Below are positions 1-13,009 of a stretch of 64,000 nucleotides of DNA, piece by piece. The position numbers and the translations under genes were made by a program. Each line of letters starts with the position of its first letter. Within the stretch, counting starts at the first letter, position 1. The notes beneath the pieces were generated by a model. That model saw nothing but the letters and a program-made list of their open reading frames with translations. It made no database searches and was not told where the DNA came from. Origin of the DNA: Malacoraja senta (lineage: Eukaryota); assembly GCA_038087875.1 (NCBI GenBank), contig CM075995.1, forward strand, positions 10,604,001 through 10,668,000. Reading direction: 5' to 3'.

Positions 1-1427
1 CAGACAAACTTGGATCACTCTTTTGCTCCTCAACCAGCCGGTCACGTGACAGCGACACTGGCCCACTTTCAGTCACTATCCCCTCTTGAGATGTAGAAAC
101 ACCCTTCAACACACAGGATCCCTCATCCTGATCTCCAAAAATGCTCTCACTCAGGTCCACTACATCCTCAAATTTCGCCTGGCTCTCAGCCAAAGCCCTC
201 GTGACAGCACAAGCTGCGAAAACCTTCGGATTTTGCATATCCAACCCATCCAGACTCTGCACCATCGGAACTGCCATTACCTCAGGAGTAACCAAAACTC
301 CATCTCCTGCCAAGTCATTCCCCAAAATTACTGAAACTCCCTCAATGGGAAAACACGGCCGTAACCCAACAGTTACCCGGCCTGAAACCAACTCGGACTC
401 GAGACTCACGGTATGCACAGGCACTACCATGTCATCCATCCCGAATCCTACCACAGGGACACTTGACACAACCGATGATTCCGCAGAAAATGGCAGTACA
501 CTATCCACTTTAAAGGACTGAGTAGCACCAGTATCTCGCAAGATGGATACTGGAACTCTATCACCCCCATCCTTCAGAGAAACACAACCATTCATGATTA
601 ACGCAGAATAATCCCTACACTGATCAGACTCAGGCACCCCAGGTACCACAGGTGCCTTCTGTGTACCCACCAAAACCACAGTCTTTGCTTTTTTCTGCTT
701 CAGAATGGGACACGCCCTTAAAATGTGCCCTTTCCCTTTACAATAGAAGCACACAGTACCTTCGTTAGTCCTCCAATTTGCGTCAACCTTATCAGCTCGG
801 ACTTCCTCCTGTATCAACGTGCTGCCACTTGCAGGCACAGAAACACCTTTGACACTGCCACCGGCGACACAACCACGATCAACCGGCCGTGCACCAAAAC
901 TATAGGAGCGCCCAACAAAATCAGTTTTATGAGTCAATACATACTCATCTGCCAACACCGCGGCCTTAGACACCTCATTCACCTTCTGCTCATTAAGGTA
1001 AGTAGTAACCCTCTAAGGGAGACAATCCCCAAAGTCTTCCATAATCCTATCTAATTCTTTCTCCCGCAGCCTCAACATTGCCCTCTTGGTTTCAAGAACC
1101 CTTTTGGTTTCCTCCTCAAGCTCAAGCCGTTTCATTTCAAGAACATGAGCATGCATGAGTTCATCCTTTTGTAAGGTGAACACCATCCTCTGTGACTCAA
1201 GCTCCATCTCCCTCATACCTCGATCAAACGACTCCTGACTAGGAGCCTCAATAAAGTCCTTCCATCTAGACTCCATATCAAATGTAGCCAAAGCACCAGC
1301 TAAACCCTGGGCACCATTGCTACCACAAACAGGGAAGAAAAATTTCCCTCACAACACACACAGACTTCTTCAGTCACCAGAAGCCTTCCAAAAAAAATCC
1401 CAAAACGTCTAGGGTCCTCAAAGCTTG

Positions 1428-1440
1428 GGACGAGCCCCCA
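1428..1440 (-). promoter_or_regulatory. Primer-binding site for tRNA-Pro (also at 6398-6410 and 11370-11382)
   Basis: The minus strand reads TGGGGGCTCGTCC 3 nt after the LTR end, complementary to the 3' end of tRNA-Pro. Confidence 0.85.
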
Positions 1441-1443
1441 TTT

Positions 1444-1985
1444 TGTTACGACTCCCCGAAAGCAGGCAATCCAGAGCCGCGTAACACAGTTCAAAAGCCA
1501 GGTTTAAGTTCAAAAATAGTTTAATTATTTAATAACACACCAAAACTCCAACCTGATTTAAACAACCTAGACAAGGATATGAATGAATTAACAAACAACT
1601 TAAAATTGCTCAGGCCAGCCACGCGATGGACCGTCGAACCCGAGGCTCTAAACCTGCCTAAAAGAAAGCTATCCCTGAAACAAAAGACCGAAAACCTCTA
1701 AGGCCAGCCCAATCCAATATTTGGTACTACGTAATGTTGAAATTACACGAAGTTCAGTGCCATGTGGCTAGGCCTTCCACAGCTCACACCAGCATGGGCT
1801 CACGAGGCAGGGTCGTCGTCGAAAGAGAGAGGATTCTGGGAACTCTGCTATTTATACTTCAGATGAGTCACCCATCACCTGACGCAGCTTGGCCAATCGG
1901 GTACAGGAGCCTTTTAGCCTGCACTCGGGAAAGAAACAGAGATAGGTTAATACATAAGATTGACCAGGAGGTGGAGCGCGTCACA
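1444..1985 (-). repeat. LTR 1 (shared 3'/5' LTR)
   Basis: Termini are TGTTACG...CGTCACA. A PBS lies on one side and a purine-rich tract (minus strand GGGTGGGGG) on the other. Confidence 0.9.
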
Positions 1986-2101
1986 CCCCCACCCAAAGAT
2001 ACTGAATAAGTTTCGGAAGAAGAGAGAAAAAACACCACCAAATCCCTGAAACTATTCAGGAGCTAAACTCCACTGGCGCGACAAGGCGTCAGCCAAGACA
2101 T

Positions 2102-2756
2102 AAATCAGAGCATTGAATATAGAAGTTGGGATGTAATGTTAAAATTGTACAAGGCATTGGTGAGGCCAATTCTGGAGTATGGAGTACAATTTTGGTCGCC
2201 TAATTATAGGAAGGATGTCAACAAAATAGAGAGAGTACAGAGGAGATTTACTAGAATGTTGCCTGGGTTTCAGCAACTAAGTTACAGAGAAAGGTTGAAC
2301 AAGTTAGGTCTTTATTCTTTGGAGCGCAGAAGGTTAAGAGGGGACTTGATAGAGGTCTTTAAAATTATGAGTGGGTTAGACAGAGTGGACGTGGATAAGC
2401 TTTTCCCATTGAGAGTAGGGAAGATTCTAACAAGGGGACATGACTTGAGAATTAAGGGACAGAAGTTTAGGGGGAACATTAGGGGGAACTTCTTTACTCA
2501 GAGAGTGGTAGCTGTGTGGAATGAGCTTCCAGTGGAAGTGGTGGAGGCAGGTTCGATGTTATCCTTTAAAAATAGATTGGATGGGTATATGGACGGGAAA
2601 GGAATGGAGGGTTATGGTCTGAGTGCAGGTAGATGGGACTAGGGGGAAGTATTTTATTTTTAATTTAAAAAAAAAAATAAAAAAAAAAATTTAAATGTTC
2701 GGCACGGACTTGAAGGGCCGAGATGGCCTGTTTCCGTGCTGTTATGTTATGGTATG
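2102..2756 (+). mobile_element. 5'-truncated CR1 LINE (young subfamily) inserted antisense in RNase H
   Basis: ORF 2136-2642 reads LYKALVRPILEY...QRRFTR...FTQRVV..WN.LP. It has a 3' hairpin, a TATGG tail and a possible GACAT TSD (2097/2757). Confidence 0.92.
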
Positions 2757-2761
2757 GACAT

Positions 2762-4514
2762 TATATTATTTTAAAAAACCAACAGATTATGATCCGTGAG
2801 TACGATGACAGGGACATTCGAGGAGCCAACTTAAACCTCGAAACGACTCAGAGACATCAACATAGCAAGGACCTCTTTCTCAATGGTGGAGTACCACTTC
2901 TGATGTCGATTAAACTTCTTAGAGAAGTACGAAACTGGATGCTCCACCCCATCTGAATCATCCTGTAGAAGAACTCACCCAACCACTCGATCACTAGCAT
3001 CGACTGCCAGCTTAAATGGAAGCTCAAAATCAGGTGCCGCAAGCACAGGTGCGCGCACCAGAAGACTTTTAGTATGAGCAAAGGCTTGTTGACACTCTGC
3101 GGACCACACAAAAGCTACCTTTGGACTCAGCAAATCCGTCAAAGGGGCAGCCACCGCAGAGAAGTTTGGACAGAATCCCCTATAGTACCCAATCATAGCC
3201 AGATACCTACGGAGTTCAGTCCTCGAGGTTGGAGCAGGAAATGCGACAATATGCTCCACCTTTTCCTTGAGAGTGCGAACCTGACCCCGGCCCACCACCT
3301 TACCCAGATACGTTACCGTGGCCTGGCTAACTTCACACTTCCCCAGATTGATAGTTAGCTTTGCCTCCGCTAGATGATGAAATACCTCCTTCAGATGACC
3401 GATGTGTTCGATCCACGACCTGGAGCACACAACCAAATCATCAAGGCATGCCTCACAGAAGGTCAAACCAGACAATACAATGTTCACCAACCGTTGGAAG
3501 GTTGCCGGCGCATTGCGCATCCCAAATGCCATTACTCTGTACTGCAGAAAGTTATCAGGCGTAACGAACGCAAAGATCTCCCTCGCCCGCCCAGTCAAGG
3601 GAACTTGCCAATACCCTTTCAACAAGTCCAATTTGGACACAAACGATGCACTTCCCACACGATCCACGCAATCCTCCATTCGTGGGAGAGGATAGCAATC
3701 TGGCTTAGTTACACCGTTTACTTTCCGAAAGTCCGTGCAAAACCTGTCCTCCCCATTAGCCTTCATAGCCAGTAGACACGGAGAACTCCATGGACTACAA
3801 CTAGGTTCAGCAATGTTATGCTGCAGCATATAGTCAACCTGACGTCCTAGACGATGACGCTTGTCAGGGTTGACCCGATACGGATGCTGTTTAATTGGTG
3901 CAGCACCGGCCACGTCAATGTCATGCTGCAGCACAGACGTCTGAGAAAGCACATTCGAGAACAGTGACCCATTGGACTCCACCAAATCAAGCAGATCACC
4001 GCGCTGACTTTCAGTCAAATGCGCCAGCCGCAAGGGAAGCGACTCCAAAGCCTCAGAGTTACACAGCCTTCCCTGCGTCACTGCCACCGACAACCGTGTC
4101 GCACCCACATCACCACCCGTGTCAGGGGGCAGCACCACCGCAGCCAAAACAGGCTTAGAGGAAATCGAAGGACACAGCACCTCCCCATCCACCTCCACAG
4201 GCTCCTGCTCATGGTACTGCTTCATCATGTTGACATGACAGAGCTGAGTCTTTCGCCTTCGATCAGGGGTACCTATAACATAATCCCTTTCACCAACCTT
4301 CTTAACCACCTGATAGGGACCGCTATACCGAGCCTGCAGACTCGAACCAGGAATAGGCAACAACACCAGAAAAATTCCTACTAGAAGCCTTCCTGTCGAA
4401 CCACCCCTTCATCCTAGACTGAGCAGAAGCAAGATTACCCATTACCTGACCAAAAACCTTCGACATGAAGTTGGAACCTTGGTCACTCTGCACCACCTTG
4501 GGCAAACCGAACAA
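2762..4514 (-). pseudogene. pol: Integrase remnant, RT and RNase H (also about 7733-9486)
   Basis: Motifs: QSDQGSNF, GPY module, RFCTDFRKVN, LDLLKGYWQ, FGMRNAPATFQ, (C/Y)LDD, VDASD, YSTIEKE. The terminal VLADALSR codons lie at about 2076-2099, beyond the CR1 insert. Confidence 0.93.
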
Positions 4515-5952
4515 CGAACATAATTGTCAATAACTTGTTGCCCACCTTTGTCCGAGGTAGAGGACCCACACAATCAACTCGAATCCGCTCAAACGACTCA
4601 CTGACCACAGGGATTGGATATAAAGGCGCAGGAACAATCGATTGGTTTGGCTTTCCTGCCACCTGGCAAATGTGACAACACCTGCACTGCTGTTTCACGT
4701 CCTTTTTCAACCCTGGCCAAAAAAAATTCCGTAAGATACGCTCATTCGTCTTATTGACTCCCAAATGTCCACCCAGAGGACCATCATGAGCCGTACAGAA
4801 TATCTCGTCCCTATACCGACGAGGTATTACAATCTGATCAACCACGCTCCAATCATCATGCCCAGATACATCCAAGGGAGACCACTTTCGCATCAGTAAT
4901 CCCTCCCTTAGAAAACACCCCTTTGCTGTGGAATCCATGTCCCCCTCAGGCACCGCGCGGTCGAACAGCTCAGACAAACTTGGATCACTCTTTTGCTCCT
5001 CAACCAGCCGGTCACGTGACAGCGACACTGGCCCACTTTCAGTCACTATCCCCTCTTGAGATGTAGAAACACCCTTCAACACACAGGATCCCTCATCCTG
5101 ATCTCCAAAAATGCTCTCACTCAGGTCCACTACATCCTCAAATTTCGCCTGGCTCTCAGCCAAAGCCCTCGTGACAGCACAAGCTGCGAAAACCTTCGGA
5201 TTTTGCATATCCAACCCATCCAGACTCTGCACCATCGGAACTGCCATTACCTCAGGAGTAACCAAAACTCCATCTCCTGCCAAGTCATTCCCCAAAATTA
5301 CTGAAACTCCCTCAATGGGAAAACACGGCCGTAACCCAACAGTTACCCGGCCTGAAACCAACTCGGACTCGAGACTCACGGTATGCACAGGCACTACCAT
5401 GTCATCCATCCCGAATCCTACCACAGGGACACTTGACACAACCGATGATTCCGCAGAAAATGGCAGTACACTATCCACTTTAAAGGACTGAGTAGCACCA
5501 GTATCTCGCAAGATGGATACTGGAACTCTATCACCCCCATCCTTCAGAGAAACACAACCATTCATGATTAACGCAGAATAATCCCTACACTGATCAGACT
5601 CAGGCACCCCAGGTACCACAGGTGCCTTCTGTGTACCCACCAAAACCACAGTCTTTGCTTTTTTCTGCTTCAGAATGGGACACGCCCTTAAAATGTGCCC
5701 TTTCCCTTTACAATAGAAGCACACAGTACCTTCGTTAGTCCTCCAATTTGCGTCAACCTTATCAGCTCGGACTTCCTCCTGTATCAACGTGCTGCCACTT
5801 GCAGGCACAGAAACACCTTTGACACTGCCACCGGCGACACAACCACGATCAACCGGCCGTGCACCAAAACTATAGGAGCGCCCAACAAAATCAGTTTTAT
5901 GAGTCAATACATACTCATCTGCCAACACCGCGGCCTTAGACACCTCATTCAC
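4483..5952 (-). pseudogene. Gag C-terminus, protease and integrase N-terminus (also 9455-10924 and partial 1-982)
   Basis: Motifs: CFYCKGKGHILRAC zinc knuckle, ILRDTGA aspartyl protease, HDGPLGGHLG...CHIC integrase zinc domain, VDCVGPLP integrase core start. Confidence 0.92.
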
Positions 5953-5982
5953 CTTCTGCTCATTAAGGTAAGTAGTAACCCT

Positions 5983-6261
5983 CTAAGGGAGACAATCCCC
6001 AAAGTCTTCCATAATCCTATCTAATTCTTTCTCCCGCAGCCTCAACATTGCCCTCTTGGTTTCAAGAACCCTTTTGGTTTCCTCCTCAAGCTCAAGCCGT
6101 TTCATTTCAAGAACATGAGCATGCATGAGTTCATCCTTTTGTAAGGTGAACACCATCCTCTGTGACTCAAGCTCCATCTCCCTCATACCTCGATCAAACG
6201 ACTCCTGACTAGGAGCCTCAATAAAGTCCTTCCATCTAGACTCCATATCAAATGTAGCCAA
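5983..6261 (-). pseudogene. gag: Gypsy gag N-terminal fragment (also 1013-1291 and 10955-11233)
   Basis: First ORF after the PBS, E/R/L-rich coiled coil. Most of the capsid region is missing before ...AAVLADEY. Confidence 0.65.
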
Positions 6262-6413
6262 AGCACCAGCTAAACCCTGGGCACCATTGCTACCACAAAC
6301 AGGGAAGAAAAATTTCCCTCACAACACACACAGACTTCTTCAGTCACCAGAAGCCTTCCAAAAAAAATCCCAAAACGTCTAGGGTCCTCAAAGCTTGGGA
6401 CGAGCCCCCATTT

Positions 6414-6956
6414 TGTTACGACTCCCCGAAAGCAGGCAATCCAGAGCCGCGTAACACAGTTCAAAAGCCAGGTTTAAGTTCAAAAATAGTTTAATTATTT
6501 AATAACACACCAAAACTCCAACCTGATTTAAACAACCTAGACAAGGATATGAATGAATTAACAAACAACTTAAAATTGCTCAGGCCAGCCACGCGATGGA
6601 CCGTCGAACCCGAGGCTCTAAACCTGCCTAAAAGAAAGCTATCCCTGAAACAAAAGACCGAAAACCTCTAAGGACAGCCCAATCCAATATTTGGTACTAC
6701 GTAATGTTGAAATTACACGAAGTTCAGTGCCATGTGGCTAGGCCTTCCACAGCTCACACCAGCATGGGCTCACGAGGCAGGGTCGTCGTCGAAAGAGAGA
6801 GGATTCTGGGAACTCTGCTATTTATACTTCCAGATGAGTCACCCATCACCTGACGCAGCTTGGCCAATCGGGTACAGGAGCCTTTTAGCCTGCACTCGGG
6901 AAAGAAACAGAGATAGGTTAATACATAAGATTGACCAGGAGGTGGAGCGCGTCACA
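6414..6956 (-). repeat. LTR 2 (shared 3'/5' LTR)
   Basis: Near-identical to LTR 1, with the same termini and both a PBS and a PPT. Confidence 0.9.
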
Positions 6957-7072
6957 CCTCCACCCAAAGATACTGAATAAGTTTCGGAAGAAGAGAGAAA
7001 AAACACCACCAAATCCCTGAAACTATTCAGGAGCTAAACTCCACTGGCGCGACAAGGCGTCAGCCAAGACAT

Positions 7073-7727
7073 AAATCAGAGCATTGAATATAGAAGTTGG
7101 GATGTAATGTTAAAATTGTACAAGGCATTGGTGAGGCCAATTCTGGAGTATGGAGTACAATTTTGGTCGCCTAATTATAGGAAGGATGTCAACAAAATAG
7201 AGAGAGTACAGAGGAGATTTACTAGAATGTTGCCTGGGTTTCAGCAACTAAGTTACAGAGAAAGGTTGAACAAGTTAGGTCTTTATTCTTTGGAGCGCAG
7301 AAGGTTAAGAGGGGACTTGATAGAGGTCCTTAAAATTATGAGTGGGTTAGACAGAGTGGATGTGGATAAGCTTTTCCCATTGAGAGTAGGGAAGATTCTA
7401 ACAAGGGACATGACTTGAGAATTAAGGGACAGAAGTTTAGGGGGAACATTAGGGGGAACTTCTTTACTCAGAGAGTGGTAGCTGTGTGGAATGAGCTTCC
7501 AGTGGAAGTGGTGGAGGCAGGTTCGATGTTATCCTTTAAAAATAGATTGGATGGGTATATGGACGGGAAAGGAATGGAGGGTTATGGTCTGAGTGCAGGT
7601 AGATGGGACTAGGGGGAAGTATTTTATTTTTAATTTAAAAAAAAAAAATAAAAAAAAAAATTTAAATGTTCGGCACGGACTTGAAGGGCCGAGATGGCCT
7701 GTTTCCGTGCTGTTATGTTATGGTATG
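7073..7727 (+). mobile_element. Duplicate of the CR1 insert in the next array unit
   Basis: Same junctions as 2102-2756. Confidence 0.92.
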
Positions 7728-10700
7728 GACATTATATTATTTTAAAAAACCAACAGATTATGATCCGTGAGTACGATGACAGGGACATTCGAGGAGCCAA
7801 CTTAACCTCGAAACGACTCAGAGACATCAACATAGCAAGGACCTCTTTCTCAATGGTGGAGTACCACTTCTGATGTCGATTAAACTTCTTAGAGAAGTAC
7901 GAAACTGGATGCTCCACCCCATCTGAATCATCCTGTAGAAGAACTCACCCAACCACTCGATCACTAGCATCGACTGCCAGCTTAAATGGAAGCTCAAAAT
8001 CAGGTGCCGCAAGCACAGGTGCGCGCACCAGAAGACTTTTAGTATGAGCAAAGGCTTGTTGACACTCTGCGGACCACACAAAAGCTACCTTTGGACTCAG
8101 CAAATCCGTCAAAGGGGCAGCCACCGCAGAGAAGTTTGGACAGAATCCGCTATAGTACCCAATCATAGCCAGATACCTACGGAGTTCAGTCCTCGAGGTT
8201 GGAGCAGGAAATGCGACAATATGCTCCACCTTTTCCTTGAGAGTGCGAACCTGACCCCGGCCCACCACCTTACCCAGATACGTTACCGTGGCCTGGCTAA
8301 CTTCACACTTCCCCAGATTGATAGTTAGCTTTGCCTCCGCTAGATGATGAAATACCTCCTTCAGATGACCGATGTGTTCGATCCACGACCTGGAGCACAC
8401 AACCAAATCATCAAGGTATGCCTCACAGAAGGTCAAACCAGACAATACAATGTTCACCAACCGTTGGAAGGTTTGCCGGGCGCATTGCGCATCCCAAATG
8501 CCATTACTCTGTACTGCAGAAAGTTATCAGGCGTAACGAACGCAAAGATCTCCCTCGCCCGCCCAGTCAAGGGAACTTGCCAATACCCTTTCAACAAGTC
8601 CAATTTGGACACAAACGATGCACTTCCCACACGATCCACGCAATCCTCCATTCGTGGGAGAGGATAGCAATCTGGCTTAGTTACACCGTTTACTTTCCGA
8701 AAGTCCGTGCAAAACCTGTCCTCCCCATTAGCCTTCATAGCCAGTAGACACGGAGAACTCCATGGACTACAACTAGGTTCAGCAATGTTATGCTGCAGCA
8801 TATAGTCAACCTGACGTCCTAGACGATGACGCTTGTCAGGGTTGACCCGATACGGATGCTGTTTAATTGGTGCAGCACCAGCCACGTCAATGTCATGCTG
8901 CAGCACAGACGTCTGAGAAAGCACATTCGAGAACAGTGACCCATTGGACTCCACCAAATCAAGCAGATCACCGCGCTGACTTTCAGTCAAATGCGCCAGC
9001 CGCAAGGGAAGCGACTCCAAAGCCTCAGAGTTACACAGCCTTCCCTGCGTCACTGCCACCGACAACCGTGTCGCACCCACATCACCACCCGTGTCAGGGG
9101 GCAGCACCACCGCAGCCAAAACAGGCTTAGAGGAAATCGAAGGACACAGCACCTCCCCATCCACCTCCACAGGCTCCTGCTCATGGTACTGCTTCATCAT
9201 GTTGACATGACAGAGCTGAGTCTTTCGCCTTCGATCAGGGGTACCTATAACATAATCCCTTTCACCAACCTTCTTAACCACCTGATAGGGACCGCTATAC
9301 CGAGCCTGCAGACTCGAACCAGGAATAGGCAACAACACCAGAAAAATTCCTACTAGAAGCCTTCCTGTCGAACCACCCCTTCATCCTAGACTGAGCAGAA
9401 GCAAGATTACCCATTACCTGACCAAAAACCTTCGACATGAAGTTGGAACCTTGGTCACTCTGCACCACCTTGGGCAAACCGAACAACGAACATAATTGTC
9501 AATAACTTGTTGCCCACCTTTGTCCGAGGTAGAGGACCCACACAATCAACTCGAATCCGCTCAAACGACTCACTGACCACAGGGATTGGATATAAAGGCG
9601 CAGGAACAATCGATTGGTTTGGCTTTCCTGCCACCTGGCAAATGTGACAACACCTGCACTGCTGTTTCACGTCCTTTTTCAACCCTGGCCAAAAAAAATT
9701 CCGTAAGATACGCTCATTCGTCTTATTGACTCCCAAATGTCCACCCAGAGGACCATCATGAGCCGTACAGAATATCTCGTCCCTATACCGACGAGGTATT
9801 ACAATCTGATCAACCACGCTCCAATCATCATGCCCAGATACATCCAAGGGAGACCACTTTCGCATCAGTAATCCCTCCCTTAGAAAACACCCCTTTGCTG
9901 TGGAATCCATGTCCCCCTCAGGCACCGCGCGGTCGAACAGCTCAGACAAACTTGGATCACTCTTTTGCTCCTCAACCAGCCGGTCACGTGACAGCGACAC
10001 TGGCCCACTTTCAGTCACTATCCCCTCTTGAGATGTAGAAACACCCTTCAACACACAGGATCCCTCATCCTGATCTCCAAAAATGCTCTCACTCAGGTCC
10101 ACTACATCCTCAAATTTCGCCTGGCTCTCAGCCAAAGCCCTCATGACAGCACAAGCTGCGAAAACCTTCGGATTTTGCATATCCAACCCATCCAGACTCT
10201 GCACCATCGGAACTGCCATTACCTCAGGAGTAACCAAAACTCCATCTCCTGCCAAGTCATTCCCCAAAATTACTGAAACTCCCTCAATGGGAAAACACGG
10301 CCGTAACCCAACAGTTACCCGGCCTGAAACCAACTCGGACTCGAGACTCACGGTATGCACAGGCACTACCATGTCATCCATCCCGAATCCTACCACAGGG
10401 ACACTTGACACAACCGATGATTCCGCAGAAAATGGCAGTACACTATCCACTTTAAAGGACTGAGTAGCACCAGTATCTCGCAAGATGGATACTGGAACTC
10501 TATCACCCCCATCCTTCAGAGAAACACAACCATTCATGATTAACGCAGAATAATCCCTACACTGATCAGACTCAGGCACCCCAGGTACCACAGGTGCCTT
10601 CTGTGTACCCACCAAAACCACAGTCTTTGCTTTTTTCTGCTTCAGAATGGGACACGCCCTTAAAATGTGCCCTTTCCCTTTACAATAGAAGCACACAGTA

Positions 10701-11385
10701 CCTTCGTTAGTCCTCCAATTTGCGTCAACCTTATCAGCTCGGACTTCCTCCTGTATCAACGTGCTGCCACTTGCAGGCACAGAAACACCTTTGACACTGC
10801 CACCGGCGACACCACCACGATCAACCGGCCGTGCACCAAAACTATAGGAGCGCCCAACAAAATCAGTTTTATGAGTCAATACATACTCATCTGCCAACAC
10901 CGCGGCCTTAGACACCTCATTCACCTTCTGCTCATTAAGGTAAGTAGTAACCCTCTAAGGGAGACAATCCCCAAAGTCTTCCATAATCCTATCTAATTCT
11001 TTCTCCCGCAGCCTCAACATTGCCCTCTTGGTTTCAAGAACCCTTTTGGTTTCCTCCTCAAGCTCAAGCCGTTTCATTTCAAGAACATGAGCATGCATGA
11101 GTTCATCCTTTTGTAAGGCGAACACCATCCTCTGTGACTCAAGCTCCATCTCCCTTATACCTCGATCAAACGACTCCCGACTAGGAGCCTCAATAAAGTC
11201 CTTCCATCTAGACTCCATATCAAATGTAGCCAAAGCACCAGCTAAACCCTGGGCACCATTGCTACCACAAACAGGGAAGAAAAATTTCCCTCACAACACA
11301 CACAGACTTCTTCAGTCACCAGAAGCCTTCCAAAAAAAATCCCAAAACGTCTAGGGTCCTCAAAGCTTAGGACGAGCCCCCATTT

Positions 11386-11927
11386 TGTTACGACTCCCCG
11401 AAAGCAGGCAATCCAGAGCCGCGTAACACAGTTCAAAAGCCAGGTTTAAGTTCAAAAATAGTTTAATTATTTAATAACACACCAAAACTCCAACCTGATT
11501 TAAACAACCTAGACAAGGATATGAATGAATTAACAAACAACTTAAAATTGCTCAGGCCAGCCACGCGATGGACCATCGAACCCGAGGCTCTAAACCTGCC
11601 TAAAAGAAAGCTATCCCTGAAACAAAAGACCGAAAACCTCTAAGGACAGCCCAATCCAATATTTGGTACTACGTAATGTTGAAATTACACGAAGTTCAGT
11701 GCCATGTGGCTAGGCCTTCCACAGCTCACACCAGCATGGGCTCACGAGGCAGGGTCGTCGTCGAAAGAGAGAGGATTCTGGGAACTCTGCTATTTATACT
11801 TCAGATGAGTCACCCATCACCTGACGCAGCTTGGCCAATCGGTTACAGGAGCCTTTTAGCCTGCACTCGGGAAAGAAACAGAGAAAGGTTAATACATAAC
11901 ATTGACCAGGAGGGGGAGCGCGTCACA
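11386..11927 (-). repeat. LTR 3 (outermost 5' LTR)
   Basis: Same termini. Similarity to the other units stops exactly after CGTCACA and is followed by unrelated old CR1 sequence. Confidence 0.9.
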
Positions 11928-11934
11928 GAGCCCC

Positions 11935-12250
11935 ACAGAGTTTCTTGTCCAGAACAGGGGAATTGAGGACCAGAGCATATAGGTTCAAGGTGAAGGGGAA
12001 AGGATTTAATATGAATCTGAGGGTAACGTTTTCACACAAAGGGTGGTGGGTGTATGGAACAAGCTGCCAGATGAGGTAGTTCAGGCTGAGTCTATCGCAA
12101 GAAACAGCTAGACAGGAATATGGATCGAACTAGTTTGGTATGTGGACCAAGCATAGGCAGGTGCACTAGTGTAGCTGGGACACGTTGGCCGGTGTGGGCA
12201 ATTTGGTCCGAAGGGCCAGTTTCCACACTATATCACGCTATAACTATGGC
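11935..12250 (+). mobile_element. Old CR1 3' fragment
   Basis: Degenerate FTQRVVGVWNKLP coding sequence and a GAAGGGCC-type 3' end. Confidence 0.7.
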
Positions 12251-12299
12251 TCTATCCCTAAGGGATCGCCATTACCTTTCCCTATTTTCCTATTCTTAA

Positions 12300-12415
12300 T
12301 ATAGAAACAAAGAATTGCAGGTACTGGTTTATTCTAGAGACAAACACTAAGTACTGGAGTAACTCGGGCAGCATCTCAGATCTTTGGAGTCTGAAGAAGG
12401 GTCCCAATCTGAAAT
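12300..12415. repeat. Degenerate copy of the Penelope-related short repeat seen at 59.4 kb
   Basis: Shares CTGGAGTAACTC, GGCAGCATCTC and CTGAAGAAGGGTC. Confidence 0.55.
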
Positions 12416-12429
12416 ATTTATTACTCCAA

Positions 12430-12755
12430 AACCTTAAGATAGGAAATGTTATGGTGGTCATGGGGGATTTCAATATGCAGATAGACTGGGAACATCTGTG
12501 GTACTGGTCCACAAGAGAGGGAATTTGTGGACTGACCATTAGATGGTTTCTTAGAGCTGCTTGCAGGCTAGCCTCCCAGGGAAAAGGCAATTATGGATTT
12601 GGTATTGTATCAATATACAATTCGATAGCTTAAGGTAAAGGAACCACTAGGAGGCAATAATAAGACATAATTGTATGTTTTCCTGGTATTTGAGAGGGAG
12701 AAGATTAGTGTAGCTGTTCCTGTTGAGCAAATGTGACTACAGAGGCATGAGGGAG
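12430..12755 (+). mobile_element. Old CR1 endonuclease-region fragment
   Basis: VVMGDFNMQIDW motif, also seen in the CR1 at 56829-57137. Confidence 0.7.
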
Positions 12756-12759
12756 AAAA

Positions 12760-12955
12760 CCTTTCAGTTATTGGGCTTTTAGGCGTCATGCCCTTTCGAT
12801 TATTTGGCTTTTAGGCATTGTGTCCTTTCCGTTATTTGGCTTTTAGTTTTTTGTCTGTTCGGTTATTTGGTTTTTCGGCGTCATGTCCGTTCGGTTATTT
12901 GGTTTTTCGGCGTCGTGCCCTTTCAGTTATTTGGCTTTTGGGCGTTGTGTCCGTT
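12760..12955. repeat. 32-bp minisatellite, about 6 copies
   Basis: Unit is approximately CCTTTCGGTTATTTGGCTTTTCGGCGTCGTGT. Confidence 0.85.
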
Positions 12956-13009
12956 GGCTTCCACTTCTTCGCTTCAGCTTCTCGTCCATACACGTCCCGT
13001 CCGGGTACC

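Larger units (their letters stand above)
1..11927 (-). mobile_element. Tandem array of an internally deleted Gmr1-like Ty3/Gypsy LTR retrotransposon (2 complete units plus 1 partial, period about 4970 bp)
   Basis: Position 1 recurs at 4971 and 9943 almost identically. Three LTRs are present, each followed by a PBS. Minus-strand ORFs carry Gag CCHC, protease, integrase, RT and RNase H motifs. Confidence 0.95.
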
